Shown: in pieces, positions 1 through 8,616 of the stretch
How positions within the stretch are numbered: position 1 is the stretch's first letter
How the letters are laid out: each line of letters opens with the position of its first letter
Origin: Promethearchaeota archaeon
Lineage (GTDB): Archaea > Asgardarchaeota > Lokiarchaeia > Sigyniarchaeales > SOKP01
Assembly: GCA_011364975.1 (NCBI GenBank)
Contig: RDOE01000030.1
Coordinates: forward strand, 1-37,705
Length of the DNA stretch: 37,705 nt
Direction of reading: 5' to 3'
Program-made: the position numbers and the translations under genes
Notes under the pieces: model-generated
Databases searched by the model: none
What the model was told of the DNA's origin: nothing
What the model saw: only the letters and a program-made list of their open reading frames with translations

Positions 1-38
1 TTTTTAAAAAAATTAATTTTAAAAAATAGTGGACTATC

Positions 39-3000
39 TTGATTCGGATAAAAAATATCGAAAATTTTAAAATTACCTTCTTAATACTATCTATACTTAC
101 ATCATCAAGTATTTTATTGAACTCATTTTTATTTTTTCCAGAAAATGGGATCGATATAGTTGATAACGGATATAATGATAGTGATTTTCAAACCACTGAT
201 ATTATAGCTCATCCAAAATCGAATTATTTTGGAGATGCTCCTTGGTGGAGTGATTCATTTGAGTATAGAAAGGTTATAAATATCACTAATCCTTACATGT
301 CATCTTTTAAGGATTTTGGAGTTAGTTTTTCTTTTAATTACTATGAACTAGTTGAGAATGGGAAATTACAAGGGGATTTAGACGATATTAGAATAATAGA
401 AAACGGTTGTTTGCGTAAATATTACGTAGTTAAAGATTATCCTTTATCAAATCAAGCTACTGTGTTTTTTGAGACAAATATTTCACAGAACACGGTAGAA
501 ACAGATACATATATGTATTTTGGTAATCCAACAGCAAGTAATTTAGAATCCATTGATCCCGAGGATAGCTTTGGATGGATTAAAAATGGTAATTTTGAAC
601 TGGATATTAGTTTAAGTGATAAATTTGTACCTTATGGTTGGTCTTTTTCCCATAATCCCGTAGACCAAATTATGGATCATGCAAATCCTAATCCTAATCC
701 TTATAACAGCTCTGATACAAGTATTCAATTCTTTGTTAATAAACTGATCAATAATCCTCAAGGAGCAGAGAGAGTAGCTCAAGGGACTTACACTTATAAA
801 TTTGGAGCTTTAAGTCCTACACTTCCAGATGGTGCAGTTAATGACTATGCAGGTACTTTTTTCTCATATCCATTTAAAGTACCTACTGTTGAAGGAGGTA
901 TTTCATTAACTTTTTATCGTAATATCAGAACATACCGTTTTGAAAGGCCTAAAAATATGGGAGATATTAACCAAGATGGATATTTCATTCGTATACTCAA
1001 TGGGTCGATTTCGCATTATGATATAAATCCAGATAATCATGATGATAATGCTATTAGTATTAGTTTTGAAAATTATGTTGAATCTTACGATGGATATGGA
1101 TATTATAATGTACCTGCGAAGAAATGGAGTGATCCTACAGTACTAATTGATTATCCAAACCATTTAACAACTAAAGATACCTTATCAGATACTGGAAATG
1201 ACGGAAATCTAACAGGGTATGTTGAATTTGATTTGTCAAACTATATGGGAAAGGATATTTTTTTTGAAATTGGAGTCTGGGGAGATGAATCAAATGTAGA
1301 TAGAAAAGAAAAATCAGCTTTTTTCCAATTAGACGATCTTAAATTTAACTACACTTTAACAGCAAGCCTAAATGAAATCCAAGCAAGGAAATCAAATATT
1401 ACTATCATTACGAGAGATGTGGATGGCCGAATAGTACCAAATACAAAAATATTTTTATTGAATGAAACTGCAAAAGGAACTCCAAACTATATTGTTAATA
1501 CAGGATATACTTCAGAATTAGATGGCTCAATAACCTTTAATAATGTTTTAAATGGTGAATATAATATTACCGCAAATTATACTTTAGGACCCCGGGAAAG
1601 ATTTGTAGGAAATAAACTAAAACAATTGAATGGTACGAATTATATAGTTGAATTATCAATAAATATATGGACAATAGATTTTGAAATTGTAGACTGGGAC
1701 AAAATTCCAATGAATTATGGTTACATTGAGATAAATGAAAGCTTTGGAGGACCTATGTTAAAGAATATGACGTTAAATAATGAAGGAAAAGCAACCTTTC
1801 GTTGGCTTAATCAATCAGAGTACTATTTCAAAGTATATTACAAAAATCGAGATTATAGAAATGGTACATTTTTATTAAGTGAATCATACATAACACGGCA
1901 AGAATATAATAATGAGCGTTTTAAAAATCAATCATTTGTTGTTTCAAATATAAATAAGGCTAATGCTGTTGAAGAACGTTACCTAGTTCAAGAAAGAATC
2001 TATACCAATGGTTCAAGAACCGAAATTGGAAACAAGATGCTTATCAAAGCAAATATTACTTTAGTAAACATGAATAGTAGACTTAAGAATATTTCTGTAT
2101 ATTATATCGATAAATATAATTCAACGGGCGTAGGAAATGAGAATCTAATATTTTTCAAAAATTACTATGGGTTTAATGAAGATAATGATTTCATTAAAAT
2201 AGATCTCCCATTATCAGATAATATTAAGTTAAAAAGTGAGAAATTTCAAGTTTATGGATTATACGTAGTAATAAATGGAGAAAACAGCAGTCAATGTGAT
2301 GGGATAGTTAGTTTTGATTTCTTAGAAACCTGTAATGTATATAATCAAACTAATCTTTCCAGATTAAGTATTCGAGTAATAAACAAAAATGAATTATCTC
2401 CTACTGGAAGCCCAGTCGATTCTATTGTAAAAGTTCATGACAATATGACAGGAGATTTAATCGTGAGCTTGCTCTCTGATGAAAATCGTAATGGTTATGC
2501 TTTCGGACAAATTAATGATATTCCATTTTGGTTTTTTAAAGATAGGGTATATAACTTTTCAATAGACATTGTAAACATCACTGATTCTTATTTTAATATT
2601 ACATTAATGACGCCTGAAAATCAGTGGAAACCAGTAGACAATACAGGACTACAATATTATAATTATTCATTCTACGGTAAAGCTGCGATAACATTTAACA
2701 TAATACTTGAGCAAACGATAAATATTACAAATTATGATACTGCTTTAGTTAATGCTTCTGGATCGTTGGAAGTCTTCTGGAGTGAGCAAATCACTTATTC
2801 GATTATATTTGAATATACACAAGATAATGGAAATTCTTGGTATGCAGTAACTAATCCAATGGCATATTGTAGTTTGTCTATTAAACAAGTAGGATCTGAA
2901 GTAAATCTAATTGAGGTAATCATGAGTAGAGGATTAGGAGATGGTAATTTTACTTCTACAATGAATTCTAGTTTTCTTTCTGCGGGTGTCTCTTCAAAAT

Positions 3001-4412
3001 ATTATATAGTGAAAATAACTGGTCTTTTTCCTGGCTATCCTGAACCAAATTCAATTAGCTTTATTTTAAGAATAAATTCAATTCCAACAGCAATATCTGT
3101 ACATGATTATAATACTAAGATAGAAAGAATTGATAAATCATTTACGACATATTTTAATGAACTTATTAATATCTCTATTAAGCTAAGTGTATTTGAAAGT
3201 GGTTCATCCCTATATGGAGCATTAGTTACCTACACATGGATTGGACTAGAACCAATAGAAATATTAGAGGATTATTTGAACAACGATTATTATACTTTTA
3301 CAATTAATAGTTCAAGAGCTTTAAGCACTGGGGTTAAAATCATAAGCATATCCACCTTACTTGAAAACTATTCCTCGCAAATTAATTTCTTAATATATCT
3401 TGATATTCTTGAAAGAAGAACAGAATTAAATGGAGAAGAAAATTTACTCTACCTAAATCCTAAAGTACTAGTGCAAGATGCTAAAAATTTCATTTTTACG
3501 TATAGAGATGTCAACTCACAAGAAATTATTGGTGATTTAACGGTTGCATCATACACCTGGCAAGAATTATATGAAAATGGAACGATTATTCCAGGACGTG
3601 ATGGAATAGGAAGTTTAACTCAAAATGCGAATAAATCGTACTCCTTAGATTTTAATACAGAATTTAAAAATATTGGTTTTTATTTCTTGTATATTACTTT
3701 ACAAAAAGAAAATTATGAGTCGAAATTCGCATTGATAAATTTAGAAATTATATTGAGAGATTTTACCGCAGAAGTAATTCTTGATGACTTACATAGGACT
3801 CAAATAAACTTAATTCATGGTACTGACTTAGAATTCGAGATTGTTATTAATGATTCGTCGAGAGGAAATATACCTTTACAAAACGCAATAGTGGTCTTAA
3901 AACTTGGAGATTATCAATATAACTTTAATGAAACTTCCCCAGGTGTTTATATGTATATTTTTGAAACTGAGAACATTGAAACTTTTTTCGCACCTCGTTT
4001 ATTAGCAGGGACGATTTTGATTCAAAAATCAAACTTTACTTCTCAGGAGACTAGAATTAATATAAGCATACAAATGGAAGAAATTTTCCCTGGAATGCCA
4101 ACATTTTATTTTATTTTGCTAATTTCAGCAATCATAGGCATTGCTGGGAGTTTAACCATATATAGAGTAGTTCAGCAAGCAAGAATACCAAAATTCATCA
4201 AAAAAGTAAGAAAAGTGAAAGCTGTTATTAAGTCCAACAAACCCATACGTGATTCTTTATTAACCAAAACAAAGGAGCAAATGATGATAAACCTTTATAA
4301 TGAAGATTGGAAATCACTTGAAATATCCTTAGAAAGTATTTTAGGCATTGAGGAAAAGAGGCCCAAGGAACTAATTAAAAAAGATAAAAAACCACCAGAG
4401 GAGGTAAAATGA
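39..4412 (+). CDS. Large membrane-anchored cell-surface glycoprotein (N-terminal signal/TM, DUF2341-like domain, multiple Ig-like/beta-sandwich domains, C-terminal TM, ~82-aa basic cytoplasmic tail)
   Basis: 1457-aa ORF with TTG start. Hydrophobic N-terminus ITFLILSILTSSSILLNSFLFF. PWWSDSFEYRKVINITN...DLDDIRI...YMYFGNP is typical of DUF2341-type domains. About 40 N-x-S/T sequons by eye, all before the TM FYFILLISAIIGIAGSLTIY (nt 4104-4163). Confidence 0.8.
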   Translation: MIRIKNIENFKITFLILSILTSSSILLNSFLFFPENGIDIVDNGYNDSDFQTTDIIAHPKSNYFGDAPWWSDSFEYRKVINITNPYMSSFKDFGVSFSFNYYELVENGKLQGDLDDIRIIENGCLRKYYVVKDYPLSNQATVFFETNISQNTVETDTYMYFGNPTASNLESIDPEDSFGWIKNGNFELDISLSDKFVPYGWSFSHNPVDQIMDHANPNPNPYNSSDTSIQFFVNKLINNPQGAERVAQGTYTYKFGALSPTLPDGAVNDYAGTFFSYPFKVPTVEGGISLTFYRNIRTYRFERPKNMGDINQDGYFIRILNGSISHYDINPDNHDDNAISISFENYVESYDGYGYYNVPAKKWSDPTVLIDYPNHLTTKDTLSDTGNDGNLTGYVEFDLSNYMGKDIFFEIGVWGDESNVDRKEKSAFFQLDDLKFNYTLTASLNEIQARKSNITIITRDVDGRIVPNTKIFLLNETAKGTPNYIVNTGYTSELDGSITFNNVLNGEYNITANYTLGPRERFVGNKLKQLNGTNYIVELSINIWTIDFEIVDWDKIPMNYGYIEINESFGGPMLKNMTLNNEGKATFRWLNQSEYYFKVYYKNRDYRNGTFLLSESYITRQEYNNERFKNQSFVVSNINKANAVEERYLVQERIYTNGSRTEIGNKMLIKANITLVNMNSRLKNISVYYIDKYNSTGVGNENLIFFKNYYGFNEDNDFIKIDLPLSDNIKLKSEKFQVYGLYVVINGENSSQCDGIVSFDFLETCNVYNQTNLSRLSIRVINKNELSPTGSPVDSIVKVHDNMTGDLIVSLLSDENRNGYAFGQINDIPFWFFKDRVYNFSIDIVNITDSYFNITLMTPENQWKPVDNTGLQYYNYSFYGKAAITFNIILEQTINITNYDTALVNASGSLEVFWSEQITYSIIFEYTQDNGNSWYAVTNPMAYCSLSIKQVGSEVNLIEVIMSRGLGDGNFTSTMNSSFLSAGVSSKYYIVKITGLFPGYPEPNSISFILRINSIPTAISVHDYNTKIERIDKSFTTYFNELINISIKLSVFESGSSLYGALVTYTWIGLEPIEILEDYLNNDYYTFTINSSRALSTGVKIISISTLLENYSSQINFLIYLDILERRTELNGEENLLYLNPKVLVQDAKNFIFTYRDVNSQEIIGDLTVASYTWQELYENGTIIPGRDGIGSLTQNANKSYSLDFNTEFKNIGFYFLYITLQKENYESKFALINLEIILRDFTAEVILDDLHRTQINLIHGTDLEFEIVINDSSRGNIPLQNAIVVLKLGDYQYNFNETSPGVYMYIFETENIETFFAPRLLAGTILIQKSNFTSQETRINISIQMEEIFPGMPTFYFILLISAIIGIAGSLTIYRVVQQARIPKFIKKVRKVKAVIKSNKPIRDSLLTKTKEQMMINLYNEDWKSLEISLESILGIEEKRPKELIKKDKKPPEEVK
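4400..4405 (+). promoter_or_regulatory. Shine-Dalgarno site for the 4417 gene, embedded in the 3' end of the upstream ORF
   Basis: GGAGGT 11 nt before ATG 4417; only 4 nt separate the two ORFs. Confidence 0.55.
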
Positions 4413-4416
4413 AGCT

Positions 4417-5520
4417 ATGCCAATTGGATTAATTATCATGAAATGGGATCCTAAAATAAGCACCGAAATTGTTAAAAAATACCCTGAAGAAATAATTGTT
4501 ACAGATGAGACTTTAATGCAAATTTACGCCGCTCATGAATATACGTCTGAACCGGGCATGATTAGTTTATTAGTAGGACATTTGAATATTGCCTCCTATT
4601 ATACTGGTAGTGAAAAACCCTTATATATTATCTTATTATTGGGTTTAGATGAAGATCCTGATCTTTATGAAGGGGGATTAACGGATATTGCAAGATTAAT
4701 TCTTCAAAATTATGAGGAAAGAGCATATGTTGAAATGGTTCCTTTCTTATTTCAGAGATTATCAGCTTATCCCCATTTAAATAAAGAACAAACTTTAGCT
4801 ATCACATATCAAGACGAAATAAATAGATTAATTATAAATAGACTTAGAGAAGAAGGAGTAGTCTTAAAATCTGATTTGAAGATTTGGTTAAAAGATAAGT
4901 ACAGAAAGGTATTTATTGATCTCGACTCTACATTGATGGAATTAATTAAGAGAGAGATTATTAAAGAAAGCACTGTTAAAGGAATGCCTTCTGAATTAAT
5001 TTTCTTTATAAATGATATTTTTATGATTCGAAAACCTCCTACTAATCTATATATAAACCCAGTAGAGCGGGGACTTCCTGAAGATTTTGCAGAAGAATAT
5101 CATTCTATGATTAAACGGTTTTTCCAATCATATCGCCCAAATGAAGAGGATTACCTTAAACTTTTAGATCTTTTTACTGATCCACAAACCTACGAAATTT
5201 TAAAACTACTGAGGCTCGCAATAGTAACAAGAAATTCTTTAGAAAAACTTAAGAAAAAAGGAGTAGAAGATCTCGATAGCGGATTAAAGAAATTATGGAA
5301 TAATAACCTTGTTCATGTTTTTATGAATAATAATGGTGTTGAATTTTATGCATTAATTTCGGATTTTCAAATCTCGTTAGTTTATCCCAAATATATCTTA
5401 AATACAATCTTACATCAGTATGATGTCAAATCTAAATCGGAGGGGGTTTTAATTGAATATCTTAGAGTGCTGGAAGATGTATATTATCCACATAAACCAA
5501 AAAGAAAAACTAAGGCTTAA
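4417..5520 (+). CDS. Longin/uDENN-like domain protein with two predicted winged-helix segments (NPRL2-like architecture)
   Basis: N-terminus MPIGLIIMKWDPKISTEIVKKYPEE followed by a beta/alpha pattern matching the longin/uDENN fold. wHTH-like segments LIINRLREEGVVLKSDL..LMELIKREII and EILKLLRLAIVTRNSLEKL..LKKLWNNNLV. Fold call is by eye. Confidence 0.55.
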   Translation: MPIGLIIMKWDPKISTEIVKKYPEEIIVTDETLMQIYAAHEYTSEPGMISLLVGHLNIASYYTGSEKPLYIILLLGLDEDPDLYEGGLTDIARLILQNYEERAYVEMVPFLFQRLSAYPHLNKEQTLAITYQDEINRLIINRLREEGVVLKSDLKIWLKDKYRKVFIDLDSTLMELIKREIIKESTVKGMPSELIFFINDIFMIRKPPTNLYINPVERGLPEDFAEEYHSMIKRFFQSYRPNEEDYLKLLDLFTDPQTYEILKLLRLAIVTRNSLEKLKKKGVEDLDSGLKKLWNNNLVHVFMNNNGVEFYALISDFQISLVYPKYILNTILHQYDVKSKSEGVLIEYLRVLEDVYYPHKPKRKTKA

Positions 5521-5524
5521 ATAA

Positions 5525-5540
5525 TTTTTTTTATATTTTT
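5525..5540 (+). terminator. Oligo-T archaeal terminator-like tract between convergent genes
   Basis: T8 followed by a second T run just after the TAA at 5518-5520. Confidence 0.45.
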
Positions 5541-6577
5541 TAATCTTTAATATATCTTCTTAATCTTTCGGCTTTTTCATTAAATTCTCTATAAAGTGCA
5601 TGATCACCTATATCCAAGCATATATGTGATATTTGTTCAAATAAGTTTACACTTTCTTCTATTTCCCCTTCCTCTAAGCTTTTTCTTGCCAGCTGGATTA
5701 ATCTATCTCTTTCAAAGATTGGTTTTAATAATGGAGAGGCTTCCATATTCATATCTAAAATTTCAGCAATGATTGTAATCATTTTTTCGCGATTATTAGG
5801 ATCAATAGCAATCATAGGATAGGTTCTTAAACCCATTATCGCTTCAATTTTTTCAAGGCTTAAAGCATCATGTAAATCTTGTTTATTACCAATTACAGCA
5901 GAATGTGCATTTGGACATTGATCTTTAATTAATTCCACAAAATATCTACTTTTTTCTACATTTTCTAAACGGGAGTCTGTAATTATAAGAACTGCATCAC
6001 TTCCATAAATAAAGTCATTCCATAAATAACTAAATTGCTCCTGTCCAGCAAAATCCCATAAATGAAAGTATAATTTTCCAATTTTAATTGTAGAGACTTT
6101 GCCGGTTATTGTCGGTATATGAACACTTGGAATTTCTTCAGCTCTTATAAGGTTAGTAATTGTGGTTTTTCCCACTCCAGAAAATCCAACCAATGAGATT
6201 TTTGTCTTTATATTTTTATGTATTGATTCTACTATGGGATTAAGTATCTCTAGTAAAGTTAAATCTAAATTATCAAGGCTATCACCAAAAGATTCAACAA
6301 ATTCTTTTTTTAATTTTTTCAATTCGAATTTTACTTGTTCTAAGTCATCATTTAAACCGATTATGAATATAAAAGTAACCCCTAAATCTTTATCAATAGT
6401 ATATAAGATTTGATATTTAAAGTAATAAGAAGTACCAAAATCATCAAAAAATCCATAAGATGCTTGAATTTTAATTTCTTCATAAATACTCTGAAAATTT
6501 TCAAATGTTAAGTTTCTTCCAAAATTCTTTTCGTAAATAATATTACCATCTTTAAGAATGTATACTTGTCTTAACAT
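5540..6577 (-). CDS. Arf-like small GTPase with N-terminal longin domain and C-terminal helical (TPR/MIT-like) extension
   Basis: G1 GFSGVGKTT (nt 6161-6187), G2 IPTIT, G3 WDFAGQE, G4 NKQD, G5-like MIAID. The N-terminal ~120 aa (MLRQVYILKDGNIIYEKNF...FIFIIG..DD) is longin-like. Confidence 0.9.
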   Translation of the reverse strand: MLRQVYILKDGNIIYEKNFGRNLTFENFQSIYEEIKIQASYGFFDDFGTSYYFKYQILYTIDKDLGVTFIFIIGLNDDLEQVKFELKKLKKEFVESFGDSLDNLDLTLLEILNPIVESIHKNIKTKISLVGFSGVGKTTITNLIRAEEIPSVHIPTITGKVSTIKIGKLYFHLWDFAGQEQFSYLWNDFIYGSDAVLIITDSRLENVEKSRYFVELIKDQCPNAHSAVIGNKQDLHDALSLEKIEAIMGLRTYPMIAIDPNNREKMITIIAEILDMNMEASPLLKPIFERDRLIQLARKSLEEGEIEESVNLFEQISHICLDIGDHALYREFNEKAERLRRYIKD

Positions 6578-6621
6578 TATTGCGTAAAAGTATAAATTTA
6601 ATTTATTTTTAAAATATTCCC

Positions 6622-6641
6622 GTCAAATTAACACATTTGAC
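6622..6641. promoter_or_regulatory. Perfect 7-bp inverted repeat (GTCAAAT-N6-ATTTGAC), candidate transcription-factor operator upstream of the GTPase gene
   Basis: Sequence gtcaaat taacac atttgac, 45-64 nt upstream of the minus-strand ATG at 6577 and just upstream of a TTTTAAAA TATA-like element (6607-6614). Confidence 0.35.
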
Positions 6642-6869
6642 AAAATTTGAAACAATATTTCTTGATTAACCAATCTTAATTTATATATTTAAATTTATAC
6701 AAATAGTAAATGAAGCAATTTTACACAGGTTTGCTCTTTCATGACTATTTAGTATGAAAATTTTTGCATATAAATCTATTATCTTGATTCAATGAATATG
6801 GGATTGGATTTTAATCTATTAAAGCTTGAAATTTATACATTTTGCAATAAAATTAACATCCTTCTGAAT

Positions 6870-7646
6870 TCATAGATTTAATATTTTAGATAGATTATAT
6901 CTAATTTCTTGATAACTAACAGCGCTCTCGGAAATATCAATTATAGGTTTACCTTGAGCATCATAATTTCTAATTATTTCGTCTTCAGGTATTAAAGCGA
7001 AAAGCTCAAAATTCAATTCGTGAAGCTTAACTATGATCTTATTGGGATCTAATTTGAAGCGATTTATAATTATACCAATTTTTTTATAGTTAGTAAATTT
7101 TTTTGCACTTTCTCTAATAGAAATTGCGGTATTAATACTCCTCTGAGACTCATCTGAAACAATGATTACAATGTCAACAGATTGTATTACCATTCGGTTG
7201 ATCTGCTCTAAACCCGCCTCACAATCAATCAAAACAATCTCAAAGTCTTTGGAAATAGATTCAATCACTTTTTTCATTATCGCGTTCGAAGGACAAAAAC
7301 AACCTGGTTCTTCTGATTGACCAATCGAGAATAAACTATACTGCTTTGTTTCAACTAAAGCGTTATAAACCTGAAAATCAATAATTTCTGCTAAATCTTC
7401 TCCGTTTTTCTCTCCCGATTGAATATTTGCAATTAATTCAGATTTAATTGCTTCTAAACTTCTTGTTGGATTTAGTTTCAGCATCTTACTTAAATGTGGA
7501 TAGGTTGGATCCCCATCAATCAATAAAAGCTTATAATTATAATTAGTAGATAAAGCTTTGATGAGTAGTGTTGTTATGATTGTCTTTCCGGCTCCACCTT
7601 TTCCCACAACAGCAATTATCAAAGGTTTTTTTTTAATTTGAAGCAT
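6870..7646 (-). CDS. cooC: CooC/AcsF-family nickel-insertion ATPase (MinD/SIMIBI class)
   Basis: Deviant Walker A GKGGAGKT, IDGDP, metal-binding GCFCP (CxC), Walker B/switch IDCEAGLEQINR. Confidence 0.85.
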   Translation of the reverse strand: MLQIKKKPLIIAVVGKGGAGKTIITTLLIKALSTNYNYKLLLIDGDPTYPHLSKMLKLNPTRSLEAIKSELIANIQSGEKNGEDLAEIIDFQVYNALVETKQYSLFSIGQSEEPGCFCPSNAIMKKVIESISKDFEIVLIDCEAGLEQINRMVIQSVDIVIIVSDESQRSINTAISIRESAKKFTNYKKIGIIINRFKLDPNKIIVKLHELNFELFALIPEDEIIRNYDAQGKPIIDISESAVSYQEIRYNLSKILNL

Positions 7647-7664
7647 TTTTATCTTTTTTGAATT

Positions 7665-8432
7665 TTAATTTTCTAATTCTTCTCTCTCTATTAGTACTTT
7701 TTTGATATTATAACAGTCTTCTTGATAAGGACAAATTTCACAGCCCCAATCATACTCACAATCAATTCTTTTTTTCCATTCTTCAACTTTTTTTTTCCAT
7801 CTATTTTTAATTTGTGTGATTAATTCTAAAGATACCTCTATAAAATGATCTAAGGTGTCAGGATAAGAATTAATGAAAAATACTTCTATTGCTCTTATTA
7901 GTTTTCCAAATTTTTGTCGATATAAGTGCTGGATTGCATTTCCTAAAAATTCAAATGAGAAACCTTTTTTAATAATATCGGAACTAATTCTACACCAAAA
8001 TTTTCTAGGGATAGTTCTTATCAAGAATCCTTCTATGCTATTAGAGATGAAATTCAACTGTCTTAATTTCTCAATTTCTTTTTCAATACTTGTTCCAATT
8101 CCAATTAATAAAAAAAGACCAAAATCTAATGGAGAATCCTTGATTGAATTAATTTCATGGCCCAATAATGTAATGTTATTATCTTGTATCAAATTTAATT
8201 CTTGTAATGGAAAAATTAGTGAAAAAGATTTTTTATTTATGCCTCCTAATTCTAATCCAGTTTCTTCCTGTATAATTATTTCTTTATAATGATCTAGCGC
8301 TACTCCAATATCATAATTTGCAAGAAAGTTGGAAAAATTAGGATTCCCTTGATATATAATCAGATTTTTCCCGCGTTGAGATTCGTTGTTAAAAAAATGT
8401 CTAATTCTTTTTATCACTGGTTCATACTGCAT
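7665..8432 (-). CDS. Truncated acetyl-CoA synthase beta (CdhC/AcsB)-like protein with a C-terminal four-Cys motif
   Basis: ELGG..KSFSL, I.D..ITLLG.EI, IEGF.IR, WCRIS..IIKKGFSFEFLG and AIEVFF match the N-terminal part of archaeal CdhC. The protein ends in CEYDWGCEICPYQEDC rather than an A-cluster domain. Confidence 0.65.
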   Translation of the reverse strand: MQYEPVIKRIRHFFNNESQRGKNLIIYQGNPNFSNFLANYDIGVALDHYKEIIIQEETGLELGGINKKSFSLIFPLQELNLIQDNNITLLGHEINSIKDSPLDFGLFLLIGIGTSIEKEIEKLRQLNFISNSIEGFLIRTIPRKFWCRISSDIIKKGFSFEFLGNAIQHLYRQKFGKLIRAIEVFFINSYPDTLDHFIEVSLELITQIKNRWKKKVEEWKKRIDCEYDWGCEICPYQEDCYNIKKVLIEREELEN

Positions 8433-8616
8433 TAATTATTAATAACTCTTTTAACTTATTTAATTGCTTATATGAACCTCTTTTTCATAAAAAACATTAT
8501 ATTTTTAAACATAAACAGCATTATTTAATCTAATTTGTGAATTAATCCAAATCCATTGATAAATATTAAAATACATATAAGCTAAATTTAATGAAACAGC
8601 AAAAAGAGTTAAAAAA

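Noticed and set aside
1-26. Palindrome-like tttttaaaaaaattaattttaaaaaa at the window start
   Set aside because: Purely A/T low-complexity sequence, expected by chance in this genome.
4410-4454. Possible selenocysteine read-through at TGA stops (4410, 9736, 17549)
   Set aside because: Each TGA abuts or overlaps the next gene's start or SD, none falls at a Cys-equivalent motif position, and I saw no SECIS-like hairpin.
7665-8432. Calling this gene cdhC / functional acetyl-CoA synthase
   Set aside because: The A-cluster domain with its Cys-Gly-Cys nickel site is absent and no other cdh subunits are in the window.
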